A stretch of 64,000 bases of DNA from Camelus dromedarius (GCF_036321535.1 NC_087436.1:121212001-121276000); one strand, 5' to 3'; positions 1 to 13,202 are shown, counted from the stretch's first letter. The notes: generated from the letters alone by a model not told the origin. Program-made: numbers and translations.

Positions 1-288
1 ATTTACCACCACCCTGGATGAGAAAGGAGGCCGGAGGGGGCTGCCTAGGCCCGTTCTCCACGGGAGGGGTCAGGCCTTCGAGGCCAGAGATGCAGCCCCA
101 ACGGCCCCCCCAAGACAGCAGCTGCAGCCTCCCACCCAGACTGGAGCCTCAGACAAGATGCATCTGAAGGTCCAAGCCCAAGAGGTCCGTCACTCCCCGT
201 GAGTTAAGGGATAAACCAGCATGGCATCTGCTGTCCCTTTCCCAGAACAGCCCTCATCGGGTGAGACCAGCGCGACGGAGCGGGGCAC

Positions 289-468
289 CTTCTTTGGCGT
301 GGACACGTTTGAATGGTCCGAGCCGACGCTGTGCTTGGAGGCAGGGCTGCTGGGGACCTGCTGTGCGTCGGGCAGCGAGCGGCCCTCCACCTCGGCCAGG
401 ATGCACTCTTGGTACAGCTGGGACTTCAGGAAGCGCGTGTAGCTGTCGAACTTCATCAGGTTGAAGAT
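289..468 (-). CDS. RGS12: RGS12 exon ending the RGS domain ([60 protein letters not shown])
   Basis: Acceptor tttttcccgcag|ATC, donor AAG|GTGCCC, 180 nt. [13 protein letters not shown] is the R12-family RGS C-terminal motif. Downstream RBD and GoLoco exons lie outside the window. Confidence 0.96.
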
Positions 469-822
469 CTGCGGGAAAAACGCAGCTGCGGTCCAGGGTC
501 CAGTCCCAGACGGGGCCAGACACCCAGCCCGTGGTGCAGAGTCACACGGGGCCCGCACACGCCAGCCGGGCCCATTCTGAAAGCCCACTCTCTCCCCAGA
601 GTTATTTTCCGGGGTCCTTTATGTCTGGTTTCTTTCCCATAATACACCAGCCCTGATTTATCACGCTTACAATCAGCCAATTCCAACAGCCTGTCAAAGC
701 CAGCATCGCGGGTGGGCTCAGCACAACTAGCGGCCATACTGGGGCATCTTAACTTCCTTAAATCAGAATGAAACCAAAAGCAACTGGAAACCTAAAGGAA
801 GTGAGAACTGCCCTGAAAATAC

Positions 823-855
823 TGTTTTGTTTTGTTTTGTTTTGTTTTGTTTTGT
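823..855. repeat. (TGTTT)n pentanucleotide microsatellite
   Basis: About 6.5 perfect units read directly from the sequence. Confidence 0.95.
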
Positions 856-1181
856 CTTAATTATTAACAGTACTCATATGACTCGGCAACAGAAGTAACC
901 TCTGGTAAAAATCATTAGGGCCCATGCACGCTTTTTATCACAGAGATGTCCTAAAGCTGAAAAAAAAATCCAACCATCTGTCTTCCTCTACAGACGCCAC
1001 TGCCCACAAACCTGCGACCTCACACACAGGCACTTGGAGAAGTGTCACCAGACAGGGACCTCCTGCTTCACGGCCTGACTGAACCCTGGCTCTGGGACGG
1101 AAGCCCACTCTCCTGTCAGCCTGGCGCCCGCGGGGGGGCTTCTCTCTGGGACCCGAGTCCCCTCCCCGCCCCGGGAGTCAC

Positions 1182-1325
1182 CTGAAGCTGCTGCTCCTTG
1201 AACATGTCGGGGTGGGGGGCACGGAGGATGTCGTCCGCCAGCTGGGCCTGGCTGTCGATGTTGACCGGAGTGGTCGCTTTGCTGCTCAGAAACTTACTGA
1301 AGATCTCACGGGCCCTGTAGGAGAG
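1182..1325 (-). CDS. RGS12: RGS12 RGS-domain exon (LSYRAREIFSKFLSSKATTPVNIDSQAQLADDILRAPHPDMFKEQQLQ)
   Basis: Acceptor cccggcag|CTC, donor CAG|GTGACT, 144 nt, phase 0/0. Contains the VNID motif with the catalytic Asn of RGS domains. Confidence 0.97.
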
Positions 1326-2031
1326 CTGCCGGGACACGTGTATGAGCGGACACACAGACCACAAACAGCACGTGTGTTCTGCCTGTTTCACGGCTGTACT
1401 CCAAATGCCCGGCACAGCTCCAGGCACTGGAGGTACATTCTCTTGGGGCCCAATAGATACTTCCTGCTGGAGTTACAGATAAAAGTTCCAGCCAGTATGA
1501 AACTCTTCAATAAATCAGCTCCCCTCCCAATTTTCTCAAAGGGCAATCTGAACGTCCCAAAGGCCCGGCCGTGCTGCAGCAGGGGGCAGCAGGGGTGGTG
1601 CGGCGGGGTGGGGGTGGGGGGCGAGGTCGGGGCGGCACTGAGTGTGGCGAGGAGACAAGATGCCTCCTCTGAGGGGACCACAGGCCGCACGGCCTCCAGC
1701 CAGGGCTCGCCGTCACCCGGGGCCGCGAGGGCGAGCGGGGCGGACGGGTATTCTCAGGGCGCTCTTCCACCCAGAATCTGCTCCTGCACCCCCTCAGCAC
1801 GCTGAGCAGCAGCACGTCTGCTGATGAAGGCTCTACGGCCGAAGGCATTTCTGCAAGTTCTGTTCAGGCAAAGTTAAATACCATATATATTAAGAAACTT
1901 AGTCTGAAAAAGAAACTTTTTCATGGTGTGAAGATACTTTTACGTGGACTTTTCAAAGTGCGCTGGGTGTGAAGCTGTGATGGAGTCACCCTGCCCTCGG
2001 CCACCCCCGCTCCCCGCCTGAAGAAACATAC

Positions 2032-2124
2032 CTCTTTTCTGTCGTGGGCAGGAACATGACTAAAATACTCGCAGGCCTGCCAGAATAAAATGTTTTCTTC
2101 ACTGAACTCTTTCCTTAGAAAATC
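2032..2124 (-). CDS. RGS12: RGS12 RGS-domain exon (DFLRKEFSEENILFWQACEYFSHVPAHDRKE)
   Basis: Acceptor tttttcttag|GAT, donor GAG|GTATGT, 93 nt, phase 0/0. Hallmark RGS motif FLxKEFSEENIxFWxACE. Confidence 0.97.
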
Positions 2125-2562
2125 CTAAGAAAAACACCGTCAATCAGCCTTCACACAGCCCTCAGAAAAGGGCGAACTGGTAATGGCTGAGGGCCCTCCC
2201 TCCTCTCGACCTCTGCCGATTCCTTCATTCCCACTTTTTTCTCATTACCGCCTTTCACCGAAACCAGAGGTCACAAGCGCGTCTCCAGAATTCCCCCGAA
2301 AGATGAATTGAAAAGCTGCCCACGCTGAGGACCACTTTGGCGTACACAGCCGCTTCCTCAGGAGCCGAGCACCCCTTCCTAACAGCTGCCCTTGCTGACA
2401 GGTAGCCCTTCCCAGCATTTACAAGAAGCCCCGCCCCCTTGGCCTCAAGTGCCTAGGGCAGGTGCAGGGCGGGAGGAGACACAGGCCCTGCCCCGACCCG
2501 GGGTCTGAACCAGAGCGGGCCCGGGTCCTGCCCGAGGAAGGGCCATCACCCATCATACTCAC

Positions 2563-2732
2563 GGAGAAGTATCGCACGCCCAGTGGGTCCTGCAGAAGAC
2601 GCTCGAAGGACACGGCCCAGCTGGCAACCCTCCGCTCGCGCAGGCGCCGGCAGCTCTGCACGCTGGGGAGGCTGGCATTGCTGCTCAGGCTGTGGTTGCT
2701 CACACAGTCCTTCAGGTCGGCGCCGCTCAGCT
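2563..2732 (-). CDS. RGS12: RGS12 coding exon, start of RGS domain ((E)LSGADLKDCVSNHSLSSNASLPSVQSCRRLRERRVASWAVSFERLLQDPLGVRYFS)
   Basis: Acceptor ccccgcag|AG (phase 1), donor TCC|GTGAGT (phase 0), 170 nt. Contains the RGS helix-1/2 motif SWAVSFERLLQDP. Confidence 0.97.
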
Positions 2733-4689
2733 CTGCGGGGCCAGCACAGACCTCACTCACCTGCGGGTGTGTCCTCCACACCCGCCCGCGGGGCTGGCCG
2801 GACCTCACCAAGCTGTCTTCTCTAGAACTTGCGATCGGCCCAAGAACAGTGCACGCCCACACCGTGGCCCCGTCGTCCCAGGTACAGGGCAGAGCATGGA
2901 ACAAGACCAGACCCGGTCCTGCAGCCGCGCAGAGTCCAGCACGGATGCTGACAGCCCCCGACAAGGATGCTCGGCACAGATCGCGGCTGGCTGGGCCGCA
3001 GGCACAACCGGGAGCACCAGGTGAGCCCACCTGAGGTCAGGGGGCGCTGGGAGTCAGGGCCAGGTGACCCACAGGGCAAGCAGAGGGACAGGGGCACCGG
3101 TGGGGTTCCCAGGGCCTGGGGAAGCTGCCCCGTCAGGATGGGAATCTCGCACTCACATCCCTGTACTTCCCTGCACGCGGCCGGTCTCACGCCCGGGCCA
3201 GCGTGAGTGCAACCGCGAGCCAGCGTGACGACTAGAGGGCGGCCGCCCCTCGTGGAAAACGCACGCTCCCGGGGTGTGCTCCCGAGCCGGCCGCAAACAG
3301 CACTAAGGAGCCTTCGGTTCCGCTGTCTTGTAAACAAGCTCTGGAAAGATCCGTCTCCCTTCACACAGAGACGGGGGTACTCGGGACCCCTGTCGCCCTC
3401 CCATGAGCAGGCCCCCTCACAGCAGGGCGGGCAGGCCTGGCCATGGAAGCCTGGGGCCGGAACCAGCGGCCGCACATTCTGCCGAGGACAGGCCCCTTCT
3501 GTGAGAGCCCAGGGGACATGGGACAGGGACGGCCAAACCTGCGCTGGGGCGGGGCACGGGCTCTGCTTGCTGAGCGCAGCTGCCCGGTGGAAGTACCAGA
3601 CTCACAAGCCCCATTCTGCTCTCTCACCCGGGCTCGAGGGGAGGAGTCGGGTGGACTAGCTAACCAGCTCCGGCTCTTGGCCAGCCGCTTACAATGCATC
3701 CTATTAGTGACAGGGGGCCGGGGTGGGGAGACCAGGACAGGTCAGTGACACAGCACAAAGCCCCGTGGGGACAGAGGCGACGCAAAGGTGGCGATCAAGC
3801 CTGTCTACAGTGCAGGATGGCGGGCAGAGGCTGGCCTGCAGCCACGGCCCCCGGGAAATGGGCCTTCAGGGGACCAGACAGCTCAACTGGGAACCCGAGC
3901 AAGTGTCTCAGCAGAAGCCACTGCTGCAGGAATCACTCAAAGCTCAGAAAGCGCGTGGATGAGAAGAGAAAAGAAAGAGAAGGTCAGAGAGTGACCACGT
4001 CACTCCAACTGCCGTGAAAAAAAGTTAGAACAAGATTAAGAAGAAGCTGCATAAGATCAGAGAAGGACAGTATGAATTTTGCTTTGAGGCTCACTAGACC
4101 CCACCCGCCGTATGTGATCTGTGAGAGAAACACTCGTGACAGAACCTGCCTCCGGGTCAGAAGGGAGGCACCAGCCCCGAGTCCACCGCGCGACACACAC
4201 GCGGTCGCTAAGCCTGAACCACAGCCCCCGCTCAGTGAGTCGAGGACGAGGGTCCAGGTGAGGCTATGGGCCCAGCCACCCGGCCACCACGTACACAGAA
4301 CCATCTGGAAACGCCTTGCTTAGACTCCACACAAAACTTCCCACGAGGAAAGCCCCCCCCCACACACACTCTCCTTCCCTCTCCCCCTGGGGCTCTGGTC
4401 CGGGAAGGGGTCTCCCTCTCGTCTGGTTTGTGTCCGGCCCCTGAGGCACCAGGGGCTCCACACCACAGACATTCATCCTCCCTGAAGTCACACATGGTCC
4501 GATACACTTCCCAACAGACGCTTCACTCGAACTGGACAAGCTGAGTCTAAACTGAGCTCATGTGGAAAGCTACACATGAAACGCCGGGAAACTACACACA
4601 ACAGAGCAACGAGGCCGGGCCAGCCCTGCCCAACGTCACAGCACGTCACCGACCCGAGTCCTGAACACGGTGGGGCAGCGGCGCCGGTG

Positions 4690-5340
4690 CAGAAACGGAC
4701 ACGCTACTGGGACAACTGGACGACCATCTGAAAAACAGCCAAGTCAGGTCCCTCCCAATACACACGGAATTAAATCCCACGTGGACCAAAGATATAAATG
4801 TGAAACATGAAATTAGCAAAACACAACAGGAAAACACGGGCTCGCTTTCTGCCGTGCCTGAGTGGGGCGAGCAGCAGGCACACCACGCCCGGAGCCGCGA
4901 GGCAGGACTGCGAGCGTGGGCGCAGCGGGCGGGTGGGAGTCCGGGGGCAGAGGGGCCGGTGTTCGGGCCTCCAGTTACGAGCGCAGTGAGTCCGGGGAAG
5001 TCCTCAGGTGGCACAGCACGGTGACCACGTTAATGACGCTGTGGTGCACGTCTGAAAGCTGCTGACAGAGTGGACTTTAAAAGTTCTCACCACAAGAAAA
5101 AAACTGACTGCAGTGAGGGATGTTAACTGGTCTTACTGTGGTGGCCATTTTGCAATATATACACGTTTTGAATCGTTATGCTGGCATGCCTCAAACTAAT
5201 ATAATGTATGTCAACTACACCTCAACAAACAAAATAAAATCTCTGTATGTCAAAAAACACTATAAGTTAAATCAAAAGACAAGAAACAGAAAATCCATGT
5301 AACGTCACACAGATGAAGGACTGACTTTCCTTCTAGTTAA
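4690..5340 (+). mobile_element. L1 fragments including an L1MA-like 3' end (~5010-5240)
   Basis: GAGTGGACTTTAAAAGTTCTCACCACAAGAAAA...CTCAAACTAATATAATGTATGTCAACTACACCTCAA. Confidence 0.75.
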
Positions 5341-8300
5341 GAGCAGCTCCAGAGCAGTAAGAAAAAGGCCATAAAACCAAAGACAGTGGAAGAAGAGTGT
5401 GGATAGTCGCCAAGTGGGGCTCGAGACGGCGCCGCCCTGGAGAGACCCACCCCAAGCTAAACTGAATGTACACTAAGCACCAGCGTCAGGAGCGGTGGGG
5501 TCTGAGCAGAGGTGTGAGCTCTCCTGCTCCACTTCATGCCGATAAACGGGGTGATCTTCACAAAATTGTCTATTTTAAAGACATCCTGCAAAGTGTAAGC
5601 ACAGAACATTTTTCCTTCAGCTTTTTTCCCTTGAGGGAATGATGGTCTGAGAGCTGAGGGAAGAATAGAAGTTAACCGACCTCAGAAAGTGGGAAAAGTG
5701 TTCCAGGACAGGTTGAGTACGTGCAAAGGCCCTGTGGCAGAAGAAAGCCAGCTCACACCTGTGTGGCTGGGCTGTAGGGCCAGAGTGCTGAGGAGCAGGG
5801 CCACCAGGGCCAGGTGGTGGGTGCCAAGCAGTGGAGATTTTACCCTGGAGGACAGCGATTAACAAGGGAATGTCCAGAAGGCACCTTTGTCCTTCTCGGG
5901 CCCCTCTGGCTGCATGTGAAGGGAGGTCCTGAGCTCTGCCAGGCGGAGGTCCAGCTGCAGGTGCTGGTGGCCTGGACTGTGAGGGCTGCAGGGGCAGTGG
6001 GGAGGTGCAAAGAGGAAGACTGGCCCCAGCTGCATAAGACACAGTAGCTGAACCCCATCAAGGATGCTGGAGCTTTGATTTCTCAAACAAAAGGTATCTG
6101 GACTCCAGTGTGCAGCAAGCACCATGATGCAGGCGGTCTGCCTCTCTTGCAGCTAGCGCAGGAAGGACGCGGGAGCGGCTGGGGGGCGGCTGGTGGAGGC
6201 GGCAGGCTTCCCACCCAGCCCACCGTGCCTGCCCGGAGCTCACAACCTCCTGGCACGGCCATCACGCCCCCAGCGCTGGGGGAGGATGGCTGTGCATTTG
6301 CGGAACGACCCGTGAACGGAAGAGTGAGCGCTGATTGACATTTTAAGGAAAGATAGCCTGTCTACTAACTCATGCTTGTAAGAGCTGACAAATGCAAATT
6401 AGTTTTTAAGACTCACAAATCAACAACTGACACTTTAAAAGTCTACTTGAGAAGGAAGCTATAAAATATATATATTAAAAAAAGGGGACCCCCCCATCCC
6501 CGGCCCCTGGGTGTGTGCTGTGCGGGTCAGGGGCCACAGCACATTCTGAGGTCTGCCATTACTGACGCTCTGGTGGGTGCAGGGCAGTTCCTGTCTTGGG
6601 GTCTTAGGGGCACCGAGGTCGTGCATAGGGGCCAGGCCACACTGTCTGAGTCCAAGGCCTCAGCCATCTCACTTCACGACAGCCAGACCTCTGGGAACCC
6701 GCACACTCTCCCCAGTGGGAAAGTCAGAGACAGTTTTACTGCTGCAAAAAGCAGGTCAGCACAGAGCTCTTGTCATCGGGAGACCTCCTGCGAATCGGAG
6801 GTGGCGGATTCTTGCAGACGACCGTGTGGAGCCATGTGGTGGGTGCAGAGCCCCTGGGAGAGCGACAAAATCCTAGCTCTTCCGCGTGTCCACGACGCGC
6901 ACGGAAAGTCACCTGGGCCTTGCTATCCACTGTCAAATTCTTAATATCATAATTCACAGCACCTTTAAACTCACCCTGGAACTGCTCTCGACTCATGGAA
7001 AATAGTGCACATTTCTGGAAGGACTGACCTTGAACACTGAGATGAAACTTCTCCAAACGCAGAATTCCTACCCCAAGTCCAAGGCCAGAACAGGTGACGG
7101 GACGAGCCGCACTGCACGCAACTCACCGCCTGATTCTCTCCTGGGTGCCAGGAGTTTGGGTGGAACCGTGCGCTCCGCCTCCAGCCAAAGGAGAAGACAC
7201 TCACAGGAGACGCCCTGCACCCCCCTCCCCAGCTTCGCTCTAGGGGGCACCCCTGGCTTCTGTTGTCACTGTTGGGTTTGTTTGTTTTTCTTTTCTTTCA
7301 ATTCACCAGTTTGAGTCAAAGGAATGCCTTCCTGGTGAGAAAGGTTTTGAAGTCTGGTTCAGATTTGCTGAAAACGAGAAAAGCCACCAGCTTTATACTG
7401 GCTGGACAAGCCTGTAGATTACATGTTGCAAATAAGATTAATAAGGCCTTGGTGTTGAAGTGTTACAGACAACTCTGCAACTCGAGGCTTCAGCCCATTA
7501 GCACCTCATCAGAACGTCTCATCCAAACCACGATCGCAAGCACTCTAAACACTGAAATCACAACTCAAGGTCGGGTTATACAAAGGGCCACAGCCTCCCA
7601 CTGACGTGGCCCCCTCAGCACACGCACCTGAGGGCCGCATCGTCTGCCTGCCCCCGCCAACCGTGACAAGGCACAGACAGGAGGGACTTTACCTGGGTAG
7701 AGCCGATAAGAGCCACTGTGATGCCATTTAACCAAACACTTCCAACCATTCACCGCAAACCACCCCTCTGAATCCATACCAGGGTCAGCCAGCACAGCTC
7801 CCGGGGCTCCGGGCAAAGGCTCGGGCCACACACAGAGACATTGTTCCTTAGCTTATGCTCCCCAAGGAGGCAAGTTCGTGCACCCTCTCCAGAGATCCCA
7901 GGCCACAGGCTGACAAAGGTGAGGCTCTCCCTTCAGGCGCACGGAGAGGGAAGCGCTCGTGTACTCGACACAAAGCACCGCAGAAGACGCATTCATAATT
8001 CACAGCAGACCTGCAGCTGCTGCTGGCGACCGTGAATTATTTAGCAGGTGGAGCGCAGCTCCAGAAATGGCACTCGGACGTACAGGTGCTGAAGATGAGA
8101 CTGGGGGTCTCTGGGAATTTGTTTTCTGTGAAACTAGCAGCAGAAAAGGACAAAATAAATACTTTTAATAATAAAACCCTTATTCCCCTAGTAAAAGCTT
8201 TTTTAATCCCATACACCTAAAACTTGACTCTAAATGAGAAGGTGATCACCAAACCTGCGTGGTACCGGGAAGTATTCATCAGGTAATGAGCAACTACCCA

Positions 8301-10914
8301 AAGCTGAGCCACTTTGAAACCATAAGGGGCATTCCGAGGTGAAAGGAGAGCACGCCCGTGACTCTAGCACGGAAGCTGTATTTCCAAAAGCTGGCGGGGG
8401 CTGATCTGGCTAGAGGCTGGCCCTGCTCCAGGCTCTCGCATGGACACTGCTGCAGAAACAGCTGTTACCTGGCGCCAGCTCTGTTAAAAAGATGTTTAAC
8501 CGATCACAATGTTTTCCAAGAAAATAGTTCAAGAAAAGGGGTTAAAGACGCAGCTCAGTCCCGGTGGGTCCCACCTTCCTGTCAGGGGTCCTTCTGACCT
8601 CGGGTTTCAAGGCAGCAGTGCCAGGAGGCGGAGCAGCACGCCAGGCTGTGCCGCGGGGCAGGCCCCGCCCGGGGCCCCGGGGTCGTGGTGGAGCCCGCAG
8701 GGCGGGCGGGGCTGGCAGCGCAGCTGATGCACGGGCGGTCAGGACGCCCGCCAGGCGCTGTGGGAGAGCGCCCCCCTTTGTCCCTGAAGAGTCCAGTGTG
8801 TGTTTCTTTGTAACCACAGCACAGCTGCCAAAGCTGGGGGAAGTGACGAGTGGACTGGTCCCCAGGTGAACTGATCCACCTTCAAACTGACCAGGCCTTG
8901 AGAACACCTGCCATGAGGTCGCCACAGTGGCATAATTCAGTTCTAGGGGAAACCCAGGTGGAGACTCAGGCCCCACGATGTCACTCTGGCCCTGGGTGAC
9001 ATGACGTGATAGGCTGCACGGGCCTGAAAAGCCTCACGCCTTGGTTTTTCTCTTTTGGGGAGAAATCAACAATTGCAGGGTTGGGGCGAGAGTACAAGTG
9101 AAGACCTTTATACCATGTATCTAAATATTGAAAAAACTTCAAAGAAGCTAACACACAGATAAATAAGGTATACTTTCTTCTCCCTTCAAACAAACTCGGA
9201 GGCCAGGTTTGAATTTAGAATTCTGGGACTTGCCCGAGTTCTGCCTTGGAAGCTGGTGGCACAGGGAGGGCTGCGTGGCCCACGGCCCGCCCCCACCCAC
9301 CCCTCACCCCCACCCCCCGCTGCCGCCTTCTCTTCCCACCCCGGCTCCATCCTCATCCTGTGCGGCTCCCAGCCCGCTGATCACTGCCCCACCGCACAGC
9401 AGCCGCCCTGAGAGCACTCACTTCATTCCCCGGCCGCAGGCCCGGCACGGTCTACAAATTCAAAGCAGCACGACCTTTTTCCTCAAAGAAATCGCATATG
9501 GAATCCCTGTGAGTGAGCCGGGCTGGCTGGGAAGAAGGAGGGCACAGACAAGACAGGTGGGGACAGACCTCGGGCCGCATTCTGCTTGACCTGGCAGAGC
9601 CTCGGGCAGGCTGGCCCAGCTCCTCCTTAAGGAAACATCTGCCACTAAACACAGAGACCTCTGATAATTAGAATGAACTGTTTTTGGAGCCAAACAGCAC
9701 CTTCTCAGCACAGAGTCTGAGAAGCACGAACTATTGATCTACTTCCATCAGCCCATTTTACAAAGGAAGTTGCCAAAGTGTGAAGACCTTCAGTGACCCG
9801 CCCGGGCTTAGTCGGTGATGGTGCTGAGACTGCGTCCACATGCTCCGCGGGGTGAACCCATGTCACCGTACCTGCCCTGGGAGAGGCAAACTCCTCACAC
9901 CCACGGAACAGCCCTCGGCGGCGGCAGCCCTCCGCACACGTCCCTGGGCCAGAAGAAATCTGAACGCTGAGAAAGGCCCGTTTATAACTGCTCTGGCAGA
10001 GCACAGCACAACAGACTGCTGTGTCTGAAATGACACAAGTCCTTCCGGAGACGGAAATGCCAAGCAGATGGGGGGGTGCTGGAAGAACCCACGGGGCCGC
10101 GTGAGCGGGCGGCACAGCAGCCGAAAAGGGCCGGTGTGGGAGGTGTGAGGCGACAAGCGGAGAGGGTGCTGTCACTTGTCACACGGAGTGTTCAGGACTT
10201 CAGCGCAGTGCTAGCAACTGACCACAAGTGGCTGGCCCGCTAACTGGCCACAGGGAGCCTCCAGGGCTCACCAAACAGGGACACAGGACACTTTTCAAAG
10301 ACAGTCCTAATCAACTTCATTTATTATGCTGATTTGAATGAAAACATTTACATTATTCGCTCACCATCCCTTTGTGAAACTGGAGTATCTTACAGCAGTG
10401 ACTAGAATGCACGCACTTTATGAAGACACTCTACTTCTGGTACCGAGGCCACACGTGAGGTGCGGCCCCTCCAGCGGTGGCCTGGCTAGCTGTGGCCCGT
10501 CCCTGTCAGGAGGTCACCGCTCAAGCAGGACCCGAGCACCACAAACGCGGCACTCCACAAGGAAGACTCGACACCGGTGCTATAACCACGCCCACGGCCC
10601 ACGGCCCACGCAGGAAAGCTACAGCTCGGAGCCCCACGCCCATCCTGAGGCCGTGCGGTGGAGACCCCCCGCAGGACAGGCGCTGGCGGGCTGGCCAGCA
10701 GGGAAGGAAAGGATCAAGGGCACGAGGTCGTCAAGGACGCACGGGGCGGGCACCTCCTTCCTCAGGGATGGCCCTGAAAGGCCGCTCCTGTCTGTGAAAA
10801 AGAGGTGCCCCTGAGACAAAGGAAGACTTACTTTACATGTCAGGGGTCAACTGCAACTTTTTAGCTATGGCATTCACAAGGCTGGGATTCTGGGACAGTT
10901 ACAACTTCGCGTAA

Positions 10915-11065
10915 TTTTTTCCTTTTTTTTCTTTTTTCTTTTTAAAATTTATTTTTTATTAAAAATTTTCTTCTTCCTCTTAACAGAGGCACTGGGGATT
11001 GAACCCAGGATCTCACACACACCAAGCGCATGCTGTACCACTGAGCTATACCCCCTACCCTCCCC
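10915..11065 (-). mobile_element. tRNA-derived SINE (camelid vic-1-like)
   Basis: Reverse complement GGGTATAGCTCAGTGGTA...GGGTTCAATCCCCAGTGCCTC (Pol III A and B boxes) followed by an A-rich tail. Confidence 0.85.
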
Positions 11066-11449
11066 ATCCCTGACTTTACATAATTTTAATATTGAAGATA
11101 GTTTGTTAGATGTAAAACTAAACAAACGTAATATTTGTGTCTTTCACATGAATTTCAAATAAAGCAATCAAATTTAAAAGGTCATTTGTCCCAGACTGGG
11201 CTCCAAAAAATCTAGTCCTCAGGCTGGTTCCTGTTCCGTGGAGGTCCTCAGCCCCAGCTCACCTGCTCCTCCTGCAGGAGGGGTGCTGATGGGGGAGGCT
11301 CCCAAAGCCCTTGCCATTGGTCTGCCTCCAGTGGGCGGGGCCTGCCACCACTGGTCTGTCTCCAGTGGATGGGGCTAAAGGCTGAGGTGACCCAAATTGA
11401 AGTACCATCTACGGATTAACTGGTCTGCAATCTTCAAAAGTGGCATAAA

Positions 11450-11790
11450 TGTGAAAAGCAAGGGAAGAAGGAAGAGCTGTTCTATTGAAGGAGACCAAAG
11501 AACCATGACAAGTAAAAGCAAAATGTAACCCTGAGCTGGATCCATTTACTATGAAGACGAATAGAGTGTGGACATGACGGTAATGCTGTGTGGGTGTTAA
11601 TTCCCTCATTTTGCTGGCTGCATTGTGGCTGTTGGGAAACATATGCATTTGTAGGAAATACACTCTATAAAGTGTTCAGGGATGGTAAGGGTATCATATC
11701 AGCAACTCAATCTCAAATGGTATAGGAAAAGTTCTTTGTACTCCAGCTGCAATTTTTGAAAGGTTGATATAGTTTCAGACTGAAAAAAAC
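11450..11790 (+). mobile_element. L1MC-like 3'UTR fragment
   Basis: TGTTAATTCCCTCATTTTG...TGTAGGAAATACACTCT...AAAGTTCTTTGTACT...GCAATTTTTGAAAGGTTG. Confidence 0.65.
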
Positions 11791-12019
11791 TTTACATGGT
11801 GCAAAGATTAAAATTAAAATTAAAAAAGGCTGAGGTCCCCATTTGGCAGGACTGCCCTCTCCCCCTCAGCTTCCCCTGGGGATCTGTCAGGCCTGACTCT
11901 TCTGTGGAATAAGCAGATGATCAGGGCTCCACTGCACCAGCGAAGCCAACCATTCTCTGTCCTCTTCCTAAGACTGGATGGGGACGTTAAGATGAGGGAG
12001 AAGTAAGCAGGCTCACCCT

Positions 12020-12400
12020 CTCATTCTCATTTTTCAACAGATATCGGTTGAAGGTCTACTCCGGGGCAAGCTCTGTCCTAGGAGCCGGAGCCTCTAGCCC
12101 ACCTCTCTCTGGCACAGGTGTGGCAGGTGTGGTGGTTCACGGTGCGGGTTCCAGAGTCACAACGCCTGGCTGAATCGGCCCCACTCGTCCTAGCTGGGCG
12201 AGGCCCTCACTCATCTGTAATGCTGCAGTGATAGCCGTGTACGAACGCCACAGGGATACTGCGAGAACGCCGCTCCTCGGCAAGTCACTGCGCCTTTCCA
12301 TAGAGCTGTGGTAGCAACCATATACTGGCATCACAGGAACACTGTGATGAGCAGTACCAGGCGCATGGGACGCGTTCAATAATACTGGCTGCATAAATAA
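12020..12400. mobile_element. L2 3' end (antisense) followed by a MIR remnant
   Basis: TCATTTTTCAACAGATATCGGTTGAAGGTCTACT (L2 tail, reverse), CTCATCTGTAATG (MIR core) and GCGTTCAATAA tail. Confidence 0.5.
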
Positions 12401-12929
12401 ATCGTGCGTTCCAAATACAAGTTAATGAAATGGCACAGGCTGAAAAGGTGTATAACTTCAAATTATATATGTCTTGCAGCTTTAATGCACAATTCATGAA
12501 ATATTGTCTCCTTTAAAAATTTAAACACAAATCTAAAATCCCTATAGATCATTACCTAAAATCCTGGTCCTATCTCCTCTCCCCAGAGAAAACCCATCTT
12601 ATTAATGTGGTGTTGATCCTAATTTTTAATTCTTTTACCAGGATGTTCCCATCAAAACAATTGTTTAGGAAAGCTACTACTTTTTATCTTCCTGAACTTC
12701 ATTAGTTGTAAAAGCCAGGCTCAGCCGAGTGACTGGTATGCTGTGGGGTTTCTAGCTAGATGATTTAAAATTTATTTTCTTTTCTTGCCTTATAGTGTTG
12801 GCCAGAATCTCCAATATGATGTTAAATAGTTGCTAAGATACAGAACTTCTTTGTCTTGTTCCTCGCTCTAATGGGAACGTTTCTAATGCTTGACTATTAA
12901 GTATAACTTGAAAAAAAAGTGGAACGGGT

Positions 12930-13202
12930 AGAAGCAGACTCACAGATACAGAGAACAAACTAATAGTCTCTAGGGAGACGAGGGAATGGGGAGGGGCAAG
13001 ACAGGGTTAGAGGATTAAGAGGTACAAACTATTATGTATAAAATACGCTACAAGGATATACTGTACAACACAGGGAATATAGCCAATATTTTATAATAAC
13101 TATAAGTGGAGTATAGCCTTTAAATATTGTGTATCAGTATACTGTACACCTGTAACCTATAAATTACTACTACTGTACATAAACTATACTTCAACTAAAA
13201 AA
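12930..13202 (+). mobile_element. Younger L1 3' end nested in the old L1
   Basis: AGCAGACTCACAGATACAGAGAACAAACTAAT...TACTGTACAACACAGGGAATATAGCCAATATTTT...AACTATACTTCAAC plus A tail. TSD-like flanks AAAAAGTGGAACGGGTA and AAAAATGGAATAGGTA. Confidence 0.85.

Noticed and set aside
2419..3030. 203-aa ORF as a stand-alone gene or N-terminally extended exon
   Set aside because: It starts at GTG. Only 2563-2732 is RGS12-like, and that part is bounded by splice sites.
10986..11060. tRNA-like sequence with A and B boxes
   Set aside because: Disrupted stems, A-rich tail and multiple family copies indicate a SINE, not a tRNA gene.
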